Source: an uncultured Thermotogae bacterium
Lineage (GTDB): Bacteria > Bipolaricaulota > Bipolaricaulia > UBA7950 > UBA9294
Direction of reading: 5' to 3'
Length of the DNA: 64,000 nucleotides
Assembly (NCBI GenBank): GCA_964523545.1
Contig: CAZFZM010000007.1
Span: 33,777-97,776 of the forward strand
Shown: one piece after another, positions 56,096-64,000 of the stretch
How positions within the stretch are numbered: the first letter of the stretch is position 1
Layout of the letters: every line of letters begins with the position of its first letter
Notes under the pieces: model-generated
What the model saw: the letters and a program-made list of their open reading frames with translations, nothing else
Database searches by the model: none
Told to the model about the DNA's origin: nothing
Program-made: the position numbers and the translations under genes

Positions 56096-56881
56096 CTACC
56101 CCCGTCGCGTCTCCTGCGCGGTGATCTCGCGGGTGATGCGGCGGGCGGCGTCGGTGAGCAGGCCGATCAGTTGCTGTCGGGGGGAGCCCTCTCCTCGGTG
56201 GCGAGGCACGGAGGCACCGAGCGAGGCGACGATCCTCCCGGAGAAGGAGAAGATCGGCGCGGCGATCCCGCGCGTTCCTTCAATCGCCTCGCCGTCGCTC
56301 TCGGAGTAGCCGTTCTTCCGGATCTTCTCCGATTCCTGAAGAAGGATCGCCGGATCGGTGATCGTCGTGTCGGTGAACCGCTCGAGCCCGACGTCCTCGA
56401 TGATCATCTCCTGCTCCGTCGGCTCGAGGTGGGCGAAGATCGCCTTCCCGGTGGCGCTGGCGTGCAGGGGATAGGTGTCGCCGAGGTCGTAGGACACGCG
56501 GAGGGTGTGGTGCCCCTCGACGATCTCCATGCAGATCCCGACGTGCTCGTGCAGTCCGCAGAGGATGATCGTCTCCCCGGTCTCGCGGGCGATCCGCTCC
56601 ATGTACGGGAGCGCCACGTCGCGGAGCGGCCTGTGCGTCATCGTCGCGGCGAGCTCGAGGATCTTCGCCCCCAAGCGATAGCCGGGACGCTCGGACGCCT
56701 CCTCGACGAGCAGGTGCGCCCTCAACGCGGCGACGTAGCGATACGCGGTGCTCCGCGGAAGGCCGAGATCCTCGGCGATCTCGGAGACCTGAAGAACCGG
56801 ACGTTCGACGAACAGGGTCAGGATCTTGACGCACTTCTCGAGCGTGCCCAGCGGGCCGTCGTGCTCCCTCGGTCCCATCAT
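56096..56881 (-). CDS. IclR-family transcriptional regulator
   Basis: N-terminal wHTH (LGLPRSTAYRYVAALR) and C-terminal IclR effector domain. ATG-ATG start preceded by ACGGAGA. Native high GC. Confidence 0.85.
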   Translation of the reverse strand: MMGPREHDGPLGTLEKCVKILTLFVERPVLQVSEIAEDLGLPRSTAYRYVAALRAHLLVEEASERPGYRLGAKILELAATMTHRPLRDVALPYMERIARETGETIILCGLHEHVGICMEIVEGHHTLRVSYDLGDTYPLHASATGKAIFAHLEPTEQEMIIEDVGLERFTDTTITDPAILLQESEKIRKNGYSESDGEAIEGTRGIAAPIFSFSGRIVASLGASVPRHRGEGSPRQQLIGLLTDAARRITREITAQETRRG

Positions 56882-56982
56882 TCGAGATCTCCGTTCGTGG
56901 AATGCGCCGATCGTAGTCCGCTCAGGCGCACCCAGCAACCCATCTCCGGCCGCTTCGCGGCTCCGATCCGACGGACCGATCG

Positions 56983-58830
56983 TCAACCGACGACGTCCGG
57001 CCGATCCGGCACGTCGTAAAGGATGTCATCCAGGGGATGCCGATACAGCCCCTGCTCCAAGCGGTTCTGGTCGAAGTAGTGGCCCATGAGGCCGATCGAG
57101 CGGCCGAGGACGAACAGGGCGTTGAACGTGCCCATCGCGATCATCCGGTCGATCTCCTCGTCGGTGAATTCGAGCTCCTTGAGCAGATCGACCAGCAGCA
57201 CGCCGATGCACCCGTCGACGTTCAGGATCAGGTTGTTCTTCTTCTGCGTCGTAACGGCCTCGACGGACAACGCGTAGTCGAGCAGCGGCGTCGCGCGGAA
57301 GTGCGTCCGCGCGTAGGTCTTCATCAGCTCGACCCGCTTGTCCGGATGCTCGATCGTGTGCAGCCGGTGGCCGATCCCCTGGATGTTGACGCTCTTCGAC
57401 TTCATGTGGTCGACGAAGTCGCGCGGCGCCATCCGGTTCCTCAGGCCGAAGAGGAAGTGCTCGGCTGCGCCGTTGACCGCCCCGCCGAACCGGGGGCCGA
57501 TCGTTACGATCCCGCTGACGAGCGACGAGATGAGGTCCTTCCCCGCCCGGGCGGTGACGATCGCGTTGTGCGCGCCGGAGACGGCGGCACCGTGGTCGGC
57601 GATGATCTGGACGACCATCTCGAGGAACTCGCGCGCGTAGGCGGGGATCTCCTTCTTGAACCAGAGGAGGCCGATCACGCCGCCGATCCCGAGCTTCCGC
57701 TCGATCACCTCGTCGATCGGCACGCCGCAGTAGTTGTGCACGTCGCCGGACTCGTCGCAGATGGTGGAGACGAAGCTCGTCGGCTTGCGCACGAGCCCCT
57801 CGGCCACCGCTTGGGCGTAGTCCATCGGGATCGCCGGAGACTCGAACTCCTCGGCCGGGACGATCGTCCCGTCGGCGACGAGCTTCTCGTACGTCTCCCG
57901 GATCTTCTCGCCGTAGTCGTCGAACGAGTCAGGAACGATGACGCCGGCGTCGCGCAACGCTTGGTTCTTCGCGTCGGCGGTCTCGTTCTCCGTGCCGGCC
58001 TTCGCCCCGGCGTGGCCGAACTGAACCTGGCCGGGGAGCACCTTGGCGCACGTCCCGGTCGCCCACATGACGAGCGGCTTCGTGATTCGCCCGCCCTTCA
58101 CGGCGGCCGCGATCTCGTGCTCGGCCGTGCCACCGACCTCCCCGAGGCAGACGAGCAGCTTGATCTTGGGGTTCTCCTCGTAGCGAAGCAGGTGATCGAG
58201 GAGGGTCGAGCCGGGGAAGGCGTCGCCGCCGATCGCGATCCCCTCGTACAGCCCGTCGGTCGCGCGGGCGATGATGTTGTACGCCTCGTTCGACATCCCG
58301 CCGGAGACGGAGACGAACCCGACCGACCCGGGCCGGTACAGCTTCGCCTCCTTGATGTTGTCCATCGTGCCGGCGGTGTTGCCGATCTTGAACGAGCCGG
58401 CCTGGATCCCGCCAACGGTCGCCGGGCCGATGATCCACTTGCCCCGCTCCTTCGCGGTCGCGGCGAGGATCCGCGCGTGCCGCTCGGGGACGCCCTCGGC
58501 GATGACGGCGATCGTGCGGATCGTCTCCGTGCCGAGTGCCTCCATCGTCGAGTCGAACGCCGAACGCTGCGAGGCGAAGTTGATCATCACGTCGGCGTCC
58601 GGCCAGCGCTCCGTCGCCTGCGCGATCGTCTGGACCTTGGGGATCGTGATCTCCCGCGTCCCCCAGAAGAACTTCTCGAAGCCGCGGCGCTCGGGGGTGA
58701 TCATCGCGACGACGGACGGGGCGTCCTTGCGGCAGAGATAATCGAAGTCGAGCATCCGCTGCACGGCGCGCGTCTGGTTGCCGTACACGAACGCCTTCGT
58801 GTCGCGCGAGAACAGCTCGTACCGTTCCAT
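56983..58830 (-). CDS. aclA: ATP-citrate lyase alpha subunit (CoA-binding/phospho-His domain + citrate-synthase-like domain)
   Basis: Catalytic His context QFGHAGA, succinyl-CoA-synthetase-alpha-like N-terminal half, and citryl-CoA-lyase-like C-terminal half (GIGHRLHTIEHPDKRV). 615 aa. The aclB stop lies 2 nt upstream. Confidence 0.85.
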   Translation of the reverse strand: MERYELFSRDTKAFVYGNQTRAVQRMLDFDYLCRKDAPSVVAMITPERRGFEKFFWGTREITIPKVQTIAQATERWPDADVMINFASQRSAFDSTMEALGTETIRTIAVIAEGVPERHARILAATAKERGKWIIGPATVGGIQAGSFKIGNTAGTMDNIKEAKLYRPGSVGFVSVSGGMSNEAYNIIARATDGLYEGIAIGGDAFPGSTLLDHLLRYEENPKIKLLVCLGEVGGTAEHEIAAAVKGGRITKPLVMWATGTCAKVLPGQVQFGHAGAKAGTENETADAKNQALRDAGVIVPDSFDDYGEKIRETYEKLVADGTIVPAEEFESPAIPMDYAQAVAEGLVRKPTSFVSTICDESGDVHNYCGVPIDEVIERKLGIGGVIGLLWFKKEIPAYAREFLEMVVQIIADHGAAVSGAHNAIVTARAGKDLISSLVSGIVTIGPRFGGAVNGAAEHFLFGLRNRMAPRDFVDHMKSKSVNIQGIGHRLHTIEHPDKRVELMKTYARTHFRATPLLDYALSVEAVTTQKKNNLILNVDGCIGVLLVDLLKELEFTDEEIDRMIAMGTFNALFVLGRSIGLMGHYFDQNRLEQGLYRHPLDDILYDVPDRPDVVG

Positions 58831-58831
58831 C

Positions 58832-60100
58832 CTACTTCCCCCCTTCGAGCGCCATCGGGACGACGGCCGTCATGTGCGTCTCCGGGCCGTACACCTCGAT
58901 CGGCACGCCGATCCGCTCGCCCGCTCGCCGCATCTTCTCCAGCCCTTCCACGTAATTCGGACCGCCGCGGCGGACGAAGATCCTCACGTTGTTCTGCTGC
59001 AGTCGCTCCTTGTACGCCTCGAGCGCCTGGATGATCCCGGTGAACGTCTTCGCCACGTCGGTGAAGTTGGCGATCCCGCCGCCGATGACGAGGAACTTCG
59101 CCCGCCCCTTCGGATCGGGCGTCCGCGTCATCAGATCGAGCACCGTCTTTGTGTACTCGTATGTCATCTCGGTCGACGGGTTGCCCGAGTACTCGCCGTA
59201 GTTGGCGAGCTCGTCGGCGAAGCCGAGGTCGACGACGGTGTCGGCGTAGATGACGGACGCCCCGCCGCCAGCGACGAGGAGCCACACCCGACCGTCCGGA
59301 TTGAGGACGGTCAGCTTGAGCGACGCGCCCGTCTTCTCGTCGAGCGACTTCACGTACGCCTCTTCCTCCGTCGTCGTCGTCCCGAACGGCTTCGGGAACT
59401 CGATCGTCCCCCACCGCTCGGCGCACTGGTACGCCGCGGTGTCGTCGAGCTTGGCCACCGCGTCCAGAGCGACGATCGTTCCGTCGGCCAGGGTGAACGG
59501 GTTGAGCTCGAGGTAGGCGAAGTGGTCGTCGACGTAGATCCGGTACAGCGCCTCGATGAAGGAAACGACCTCCTCCTGCTCAGGAAACTCCGGGAGCCGT
59601 TCCTCGAGGGTGGCCCGGTCGAGCGTCCCGAGAATAGGCACCTCGATCTCGATCACCGTCTCCCAGACCGATTCGATGTCGACGCCTCCCTCAGTCGAGA
59701 AGTGAATGACGTCCGCGTCGCGTCTCGACGTGAACGCCACGTAGTACTCGACGTCGTGCGGGACGAACGGCTCGATCAAGAAGTGGGTCAGGACACCGGT
59801 CGTCTTCCCGCCGGCCCCCTCGATCGTGACCTGCTTGTTCCTCCGCTCGCCGATCCACGTCTTGACCTCGTCGAAGCTTTTGTCGACGAAGAGCAAGTCA
59901 TTCACCCCGCGCTTGCCGAACAGCTGGTCGGGCTTGGCCACGAGCTTCGTCGTCTCGAGCCACGGCCGCTGCGCGGGCAGGCCGTCGAGGTCGGTGTCCG
60001 GACCGACGAGAACGAGCCGCTCGTCGGCCGTCGACGCGGCGCCGAGGGCCCTCGCCAGCATCCGCTTCGCGTCGTATTCGCGTATCCCTCGTTGTGCCAT
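58832..60100 (-). CDS. aclB: ATP-citrate lyase beta subunit (ATP-grasp, SucC-like)
   Basis: ATP-grasp succinyl-CoA-synthetase-beta-like fold. The 422-aa length and order aclB-aclA match ACL operons. AAGGAAGG RBS. Confidence 0.85.
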   Translation of the reverse strand: MAQRGIREYDAKRMLARALGAASTADERLVLVGPDTDLDGLPAQRPWLETTKLVAKPDQLFGKRGVNDLLFVDKSFDEVKTWIGERRNKQVTIEGAGGKTTGVLTHFLIEPFVPHDVEYYVAFTSRRDADVIHFSTEGGVDIESVWETVIEIEVPILGTLDRATLEERLPEFPEQEEVVSFIEALYRIYVDDHFAYLELNPFTLADGTIVALDAVAKLDDTAAYQCAERWGTIEFPKPFGTTTTEEEAYVKSLDEKTGASLKLTVLNPDGRVWLLVAGGGASVIYADTVVDLGFADELANYGEYSGNPSTEMTYEYTKTVLDLMTRTPDPKGRAKFLVIGGGIANFTDVAKTFTGIIQALEAYKERLQQNNVRIFVRRGGPNYVEGLEKMRRAGERIGVPIEVYGPETHMTAVVPMALEGGK

Positions 60101-60116
60101 GTCTCTCGAACCTTCC

Positions 60117-61421
60117 TTACATCCGCCGGACGATCTCGTCGCCGAACGCCGAGCAGGAGAGGAGCGTCGCCCCTTCCATCTGCCGCTCGAGGTCGTAGGT
60201 GACCCTCTTCGCCGCGATCGCCGCCTTGATCCCCTGCACGATCAGGTCGGCCGCGGGCTGCCAGTTCATGTACCGCAGCATCTCGACCGCGGAGAGGATG
60301 AGGCTCCCCGGGTTGACCTTGTCCTGGCCGGCGTGCTTCGGCGCGGTGCCGTGCGTCGCCTCGAAGATCGCGTGCCCGGTCTGGTAGTTGATGTTCGCGC
60401 CGGGAGCGACGCCGAGCCCGCCGACCTGCGCCGCCGCGGCGTCGGTGACGTAGTCGCCGTTCAGGTTCATTGTCGCGACGACCGAGTACTCGGTCGGGCG
60501 AAGGAGCATCTGCTGGAAGAACTGGTCGGCGATCCGGTCGTTGATCAGGATCTTCCCCTCCGGGACCCGGCCGCCGTGCTCCGCGGTCACTTCCTCCTCG
60601 CCGACGAGCTGCGGGTACTCATTCGCGACCTCGTAGCCCCAGTCGCGGAACGCCCCCTCGGTGAACTTCATGATGTTCCCCTTGTGGACGAGGGTGACCG
60701 TCGGGCGCCGGTTGGCGACGGCGTACTCGATCGCCGCGCGGACGAGCCGCTTCGAGCCCTCGGCGCTGATCGGTTTGACCCCGATGCCGCAGTGCTCGGG
60801 AAACCGGATCTTCCGGCCGACGTGCATCTCCTCGTCGAGGAAGCCGATGATCTTCTTCGCCTCGGCGGAGTCGGCCTGCCACTCGATCCCGCAGTAGACG
60901 TCCTCGGTGTTCTCGCGGAAGAAGACGATGTCGACGTCCTCCGGCCGCTTGACCGGCGCCGGGGTTCCGATGTGCTGCACCGGGCGGACGCAGGCGTAGA
61001 GGTCGAGGAGGACCCGCAGCGTCACGTTGAGGCTTCGAATTCCTCCGCCGACCGGCGTGGTCAGCGGTCCCTTGATCGCTACAAGGTAGGTGCGGATCGC
61101 GTCGACCGTCTCCTCCGGGAGGTACAGCTTCTGCCGCTCGTCGGGCTCGATCGCGGCGATCTCGTCCTCACTGAGCTCCGGATGGTTGACCTCGATCGCC
61201 TCGTCACCGGCGAGGACCTTCAGCCACGCGATCTTCCGCCCGCCGCCGAACGCCTTCTCCACCGCGGCGTCGACGACCTCGATCATCACCGGCGTGATGT
61301 CGACGCCGGTTCCGTCCCCGCGGATGTAGGGGACGATCGGACGGTCGGGAACGTTCAACCCGTCGGCGCCCTTCGTAATCGCTGTTCCGCTCGTTGGCTC
61401 CGGTGCCTCTCGATCGGCCAT
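60117..61421 (-). CDS. icd: Isocitrate dehydrogenase (NADP-dependent, homodimeric type)
   Basis: Conserved IDH family blocks ([21 protein letters not shown]). GAAGGAGGG RBS. Confidence 0.9.
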   Translation of the reverse strand: MADREAPEPTSGTAITKGADGLNVPDRPIVPYIRGDGTGVDITPVMIEVVDAAVEKAFGGGRKIAWLKVLAGDEAIEVNHPELSEDEIAAIEPDERQKLYLPEETVDAIRTYLVAIKGPLTTPVGGGIRSLNVTLRVLLDLYACVRPVQHIGTPAPVKRPEDVDIVFFRENTEDVYCGIEWQADSAEAKKIIGFLDEEMHVGRKIRFPEHCGIGVKPISAEGSKRLVRAAIEYAVANRRPTVTLVHKGNIMKFTEGAFRDWGYEVANEYPQLVGEEEVTAEHGGRVPEGKILINDRIADQFFQQMLLRPTEYSVVATMNLNGDYVTDAAAAQVGGLGVAPGANINYQTGHAIFEATHGTAPKHAGQDKVNPGSLILSAVEMLRYMNWQPAADLIVQGIKAAIAAKRVTYDLERQMEGATLLSCSAFGDEIVRRM

Positions 61422-61467
61422 GGTGTTGCCCTCCTTCGGAGGTCGATTCCGCCCTCTCGCTCGCCCC

Positions 61468-63351
61468 TTATCCCGAGATCCCCGCGGTGAAAGCTAGGAG
61501 ACCGCCGGCTCGGACCACGTCCGCCTCGCGTTCGGACAGGTCGTGCACCGCCACCAGCGTCGTCCCCTTCGTGAGGTTCTTCACCGTCAGCTCGGGCGCG
61601 TCGAGGGACGACACGTCGATCTCGAGCCGGTCGCCCTGCTCGACGGCGTCGGTGTCGGCGACGATCGGAAGGATCCCCATGTTGATCAGGTTCGCCCGGT
61701 GAATCCGCGCGAACGCCTTCGCGATCACCGCCTCGATCCCGAGCCTCCACGGTGCGAGCGCCGCGTGCTCGCGCGACGATCCCTGCCCGTAGTTGTCCCC
61801 GCCGACGATGAACCCGCCGCCCGCTTCGTCTGCACGCTGGGCGAACGTCTCGTCCTCGTAGTGGAAGGTGTACTTCGCGATCTCCGGCAGGTTCGATCGC
61901 AGGTGCTGGGTCAGCGGTCCGGCGGGGAGGATCGCGTCGGTCGACACGCCGTCGCCGAGCTTCAGGAGCACCTCGCCACGGAGGACCGGCTCGAGCGGCG
62001 TCTGCCTTCCGAGCGGCACGATGTTCGGGCTCCGGCGGATCTCGACGCTCGGCCCCTCCGGTTCGAGGATCAGGTAGTCGTCGACGGTCAGCCGGTCGAC
62101 CTTGACCTTCGGCTCGGGCAGCTTGCGCGGGTCGACGATGACGCCCTTCAGCGCCGACGCGGCCGCGACCTGCGGCCCGCACAGCGCCAGCTTGCCGAAC
62201 TTGTTCCCGCCGCGGCCCTCCCAGTTTCGGTTGACGGTCCGAAGCGACAGGTGCCCGGTCCCCGGGACGAAGCCGATGCCGATGCACGCGTTGCACCCCG
62301 GTTCGATCATCCGGACGCCGGCTTTCGTGAGCTCGAGGAAGCTCCCGTCCTCCATCAGCATCTCCCACGCCTGCCGCGAGCCGGGGGAGACGATGACGTC
62401 GACGTCGGTCGAGACCTTCTTCCCCTTGAGCATCTCGGCGACGAACTTGATGTCCCGGTACGACCCGTTGGTGCACGAGCCGATGAATACCTGGTCGAGC
62501 TTCGTTCCCGCCACCGCCTCGACGTCGAACACGTTGTCCGGCATCCCGGGCATCGCCACGAGCGGTACGAGCGTCGAGAGGTCGATCTCGATCGTCTCGT
62601 CGTAGACCGCGTCCTCGTCGGCCTTGAGCTCCGTCCAATCTCCCTCGCGACCCTGCATCCTCAGGAACGCCCGTGTGACCTCGTCGGACGGGAAGATCGA
62701 CGACGTCGCGCCGGTCTCGGTCCCCATGTTCGTGATCGTCGCGCGCTCGGGGACGGAGAGCGTCTTCACCCCCGGTCCGGCGAACTCGAGGACGTAGCCG
62801 ACGCCGCCCTTCACCGAGATCCTCCGAAGCAGTTCCAGAGCCACGTCCTTGGCGCTGACGTTCGGCGGGAGCTTCCCGGTCAGGACGATCCTCATCACCT
62901 TCGGGACGGTCAGATAGAAGGGGCCGCCGCCCATCGCCACGGCGACGTCCATCCCCCCGGCGCCGATCGCCAGCATCCCCAGGCCGCCCCCGGTCGGCGT
63001 GTGGGAATCCGAGCCGATCAGCGTCTTGCCCGGGACCCCGAACCGCTCGTAGTGGATCTGATGGCAGACGCCGTTTCCGTTCTTGGAGAACTTCGCGCCG
63101 TAGCGCGACGCGATCGTCTGAAGGAAGACGTGGTCGTCGGTCGATTCTCCCTTGAACCCGAGCGACGTGTGGTCGGAGTACGAAACCGCCAGATCGGCCT
63201 TCACGCGGTCGAGCCCGAGCGCCTCGAACTCGAGCCACGCCATCGTTCCGGTCGAGTCCTGCGTGAGACACTGGTCGATCCGGATCCCGACTTCCTGCCC
63301 CCGCTCCGAGGTCCCCTCACGGACGTGGTCCGCGAGGATCTTCTCCATCAT
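61468..63351 (-). CDS. acn: Aconitase-family hydratase (fused LeuC/LeuD-like, ~630 aa)
   Basis: Fe-S cluster ligand region CNACIG, substrate-binding SDSHT, and fused swivel domain. The start is uncertain between the ATG at about 63351 and a GTG at 63372. Confidence 0.8.
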   Translation of the reverse strand: MMEKILADHVREGTSERGQEVGIRIDQCLTQDSTGTMAWLEFEALGLDRVKADLAVSYSDHTSLGFKGESTDDHVFLQTIASRYGAKFSKNGNGVCHQIHYERFGVPGKTLIGSDSHTPTGGGLGMLAIGAGGMDVAVAMGGGPFYLTVPKVMRIVLTGKLPPNVSAKDVALELLRRISVKGGVGYVLEFAGPGVKTLSVPERATITNMGTETGATSSIFPSDEVTRAFLRMQGREGDWTELKADEDAVYDETIEIDLSTLVPLVAMPGMPDNVFDVEAVAGTKLDQVFIGSCTNGSYRDIKFVAEMLKGKKVSTDVDVIVSPGSRQAWEMLMEDGSFLELTKAGVRMIEPGCNACIGIGFVPGTGHLSLRTVNRNWEGRGGNKFGKLALCGPQVAAASALKGVIVDPRKLPEPKVKVDRLTVDDYLILEPEGPSVEIRRSPNIVPLGRQTPLEPVLRGEVLLKLGDGVSTDAILPAGPLTQHLRSNLPEIAKYTFHYEDETFAQRADEAGGGFIVGGDNYGQGSSREHAALAPWRLGIEAVIAKAFARIHRANLINMGILPIVADTDAVEQGDRLEIDVSSLDAPELTVKNLTKGTTLVAVHDLSEREADVVRAGGLLAFTAGISG

Positions 63352-63456
63352 GGTTTGCGGCACGGCGATCACCTCGTTCGAAGCGCCGGCATTATAGCGC
63401 GATTCCGTGTTCTCGAAAAGTGCGATCGACGAACAGCATCGTCTCTATATACGAGA

Positions 63457-64000
63457 TCAGAGGCGATGCCGCCGCAGACACCGAAGGACCTCGTCGATGA
63501 TCGCGTCGGGCGTCGACGCCCCGGCGGTCAAGCCGATCAACGGGAACCCCCCGAGCATCGACGAGCCGATTTCGTCGGCCGAAGCAACGAGGAAGGTCGG
63601 GACGTCGGCGGCTCGGCAGACGTCGACGAGCCGGACCGTGTTCGCCGAGCTTCGGCTCCCGACGACGACCATCCCGTCGACCCGTGCGGCGAGATCACGC
63701 GCCGCGCGGTATCGGCGGACCGTCTCCGGGCAGGTGGTGTCGACGACGGTAATGTCTCCGTCGGAGCGAGCCCTCACCGCGCCGACGAACCGTTCGAACC
63801 CTTCCGGATCGGCCGTCGTCTGGGCGAGGAGCGCGATCGGCGGTTCGATCGAAGCGTCCATGAGATCGGCGGATTCGGTCGCCACGCCGCGTCCGCCGGT
63901 CCGCGACAGGATCCCGCGGACCTCCGGGTGCGCCGGATCGCCGTAGACGATCACGGTCCGCCCGGCTGCCGTGTGCTCCGCCGCCGCCTGCTGCGCTCGG
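63457..64000 (-). CDS. ispH: 4-hydroxy-3-methylbut-2-enyl diphosphate reductase, 5'-truncated by the window edge
   Basis: C-terminal IspH/LytB blocks (QTT, TTCPETV, VVVGSRSSANTVRL). The frame continues to the window edge. Confidence 0.8.
   Translation of the reverse strand, partial: RAQQAAAEHTAAGRTVIVYGDPAHPEVRGILSRTGGRGVATESADLMDASIEPPIALLAQTTADPEGFERFVGAVRARSDGDITVVDTTCPETVRRYRAARDLAARVDGMVVVGSRSSANTVRLVDVCRAADVPTFLVASADEIGSSMLGGFPLIGLTAGASTPDAIIDEVLRCLRRHRL

Noticed and set aside
63373-63456. Palindromic operator around TCTCTATATACGAGA upstream of the aconitase gene.
   Set aside because: The two halves are not true reverse complements (TCTC-TATATA-CGAGA). Only a -10-like TATAAT is credible there.
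1-64000. CRISPR arrays, rRNA, tRNA and IS elements.
   Set aside because: No regularly spaced direct repeats, no rRNA-like conserved blocks, no tRNA-like structures in intergenic regions, and no transposase or integrase homologs in any frame.

Overview
This 64 kb window is densely coding chromosomal DNA from a high-GC bacterium, roughly 65-68% GC by eye. I count 59 protein-coding genes and no rRNA, tRNA, CRISPR array or recognisable mobile-element genes. Many six-frame ORFs are Arg/Pro/Gly-rich antisense artefacts of the GC bias; I kept only frames with recognisable family motifs, realistic starts, RBS and operon geometry. Coordinates were anchored to the ORF-track arithmetic and may be off by 1 nt in places. 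The main content, in order, is below.

- **D-amino-acid-themed cluster (0-3 kb):** an M20D amidohydrolase overlapping an Asp/Glu racemase, divergent from a DcyD/ACC-deaminase-family PLP enzyme.
- **NfnAB/SudAB-like flavoprotein pair.**
- **dinB,** preceded by a translationally coupled unknown gene.
- **nfo-fsa-tktB operon,** with no tktA partner in the window.
- **lpd** standing alone.
- **YhbD/YhbE (DUF4004/DUF4097) envelope-stress-like module:** a near-consensus promoter, a 56-aa upstream sORF, and a divergent internally duplicated membrane protein.
- **Long minus-strand run of overlapping genes:** comF, MBL hydrolase, dnaG, rpoD, miaA, nnr, tatD, pckA.
- **gap-pdxST-nadK** plus a NitT/TauT-type ABC importer.
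- **Heterodimeric ABC exporter pair.**
- **~970-aa multi-PAS/GAF/GGDEF protein** with an internal tandem PAS duplication, followed by a NUDIX gene.
- **Prepro-subtilase** whose catalytic Ser codon encodes Gly.
- **Atypical carbamoyltransferase.**
- **Na/Pi symporter** behind a perfect consensus sigma70 promoter.
- **Low-GC compositional island (~49.0-55.9 kb, roughly 53% GC):** a liv-type ABC importer interrupted by an opposite-strand SAM methyltransferase and a novel membrane protein. An 11-bp inverted repeat lies between it and a native-GC IclR regulator.
- **Reductive-TCA-type cluster:** acn-icd-aclB-aclA (ATP-citrate lyase).
- **ispH,** truncated by the window edge.
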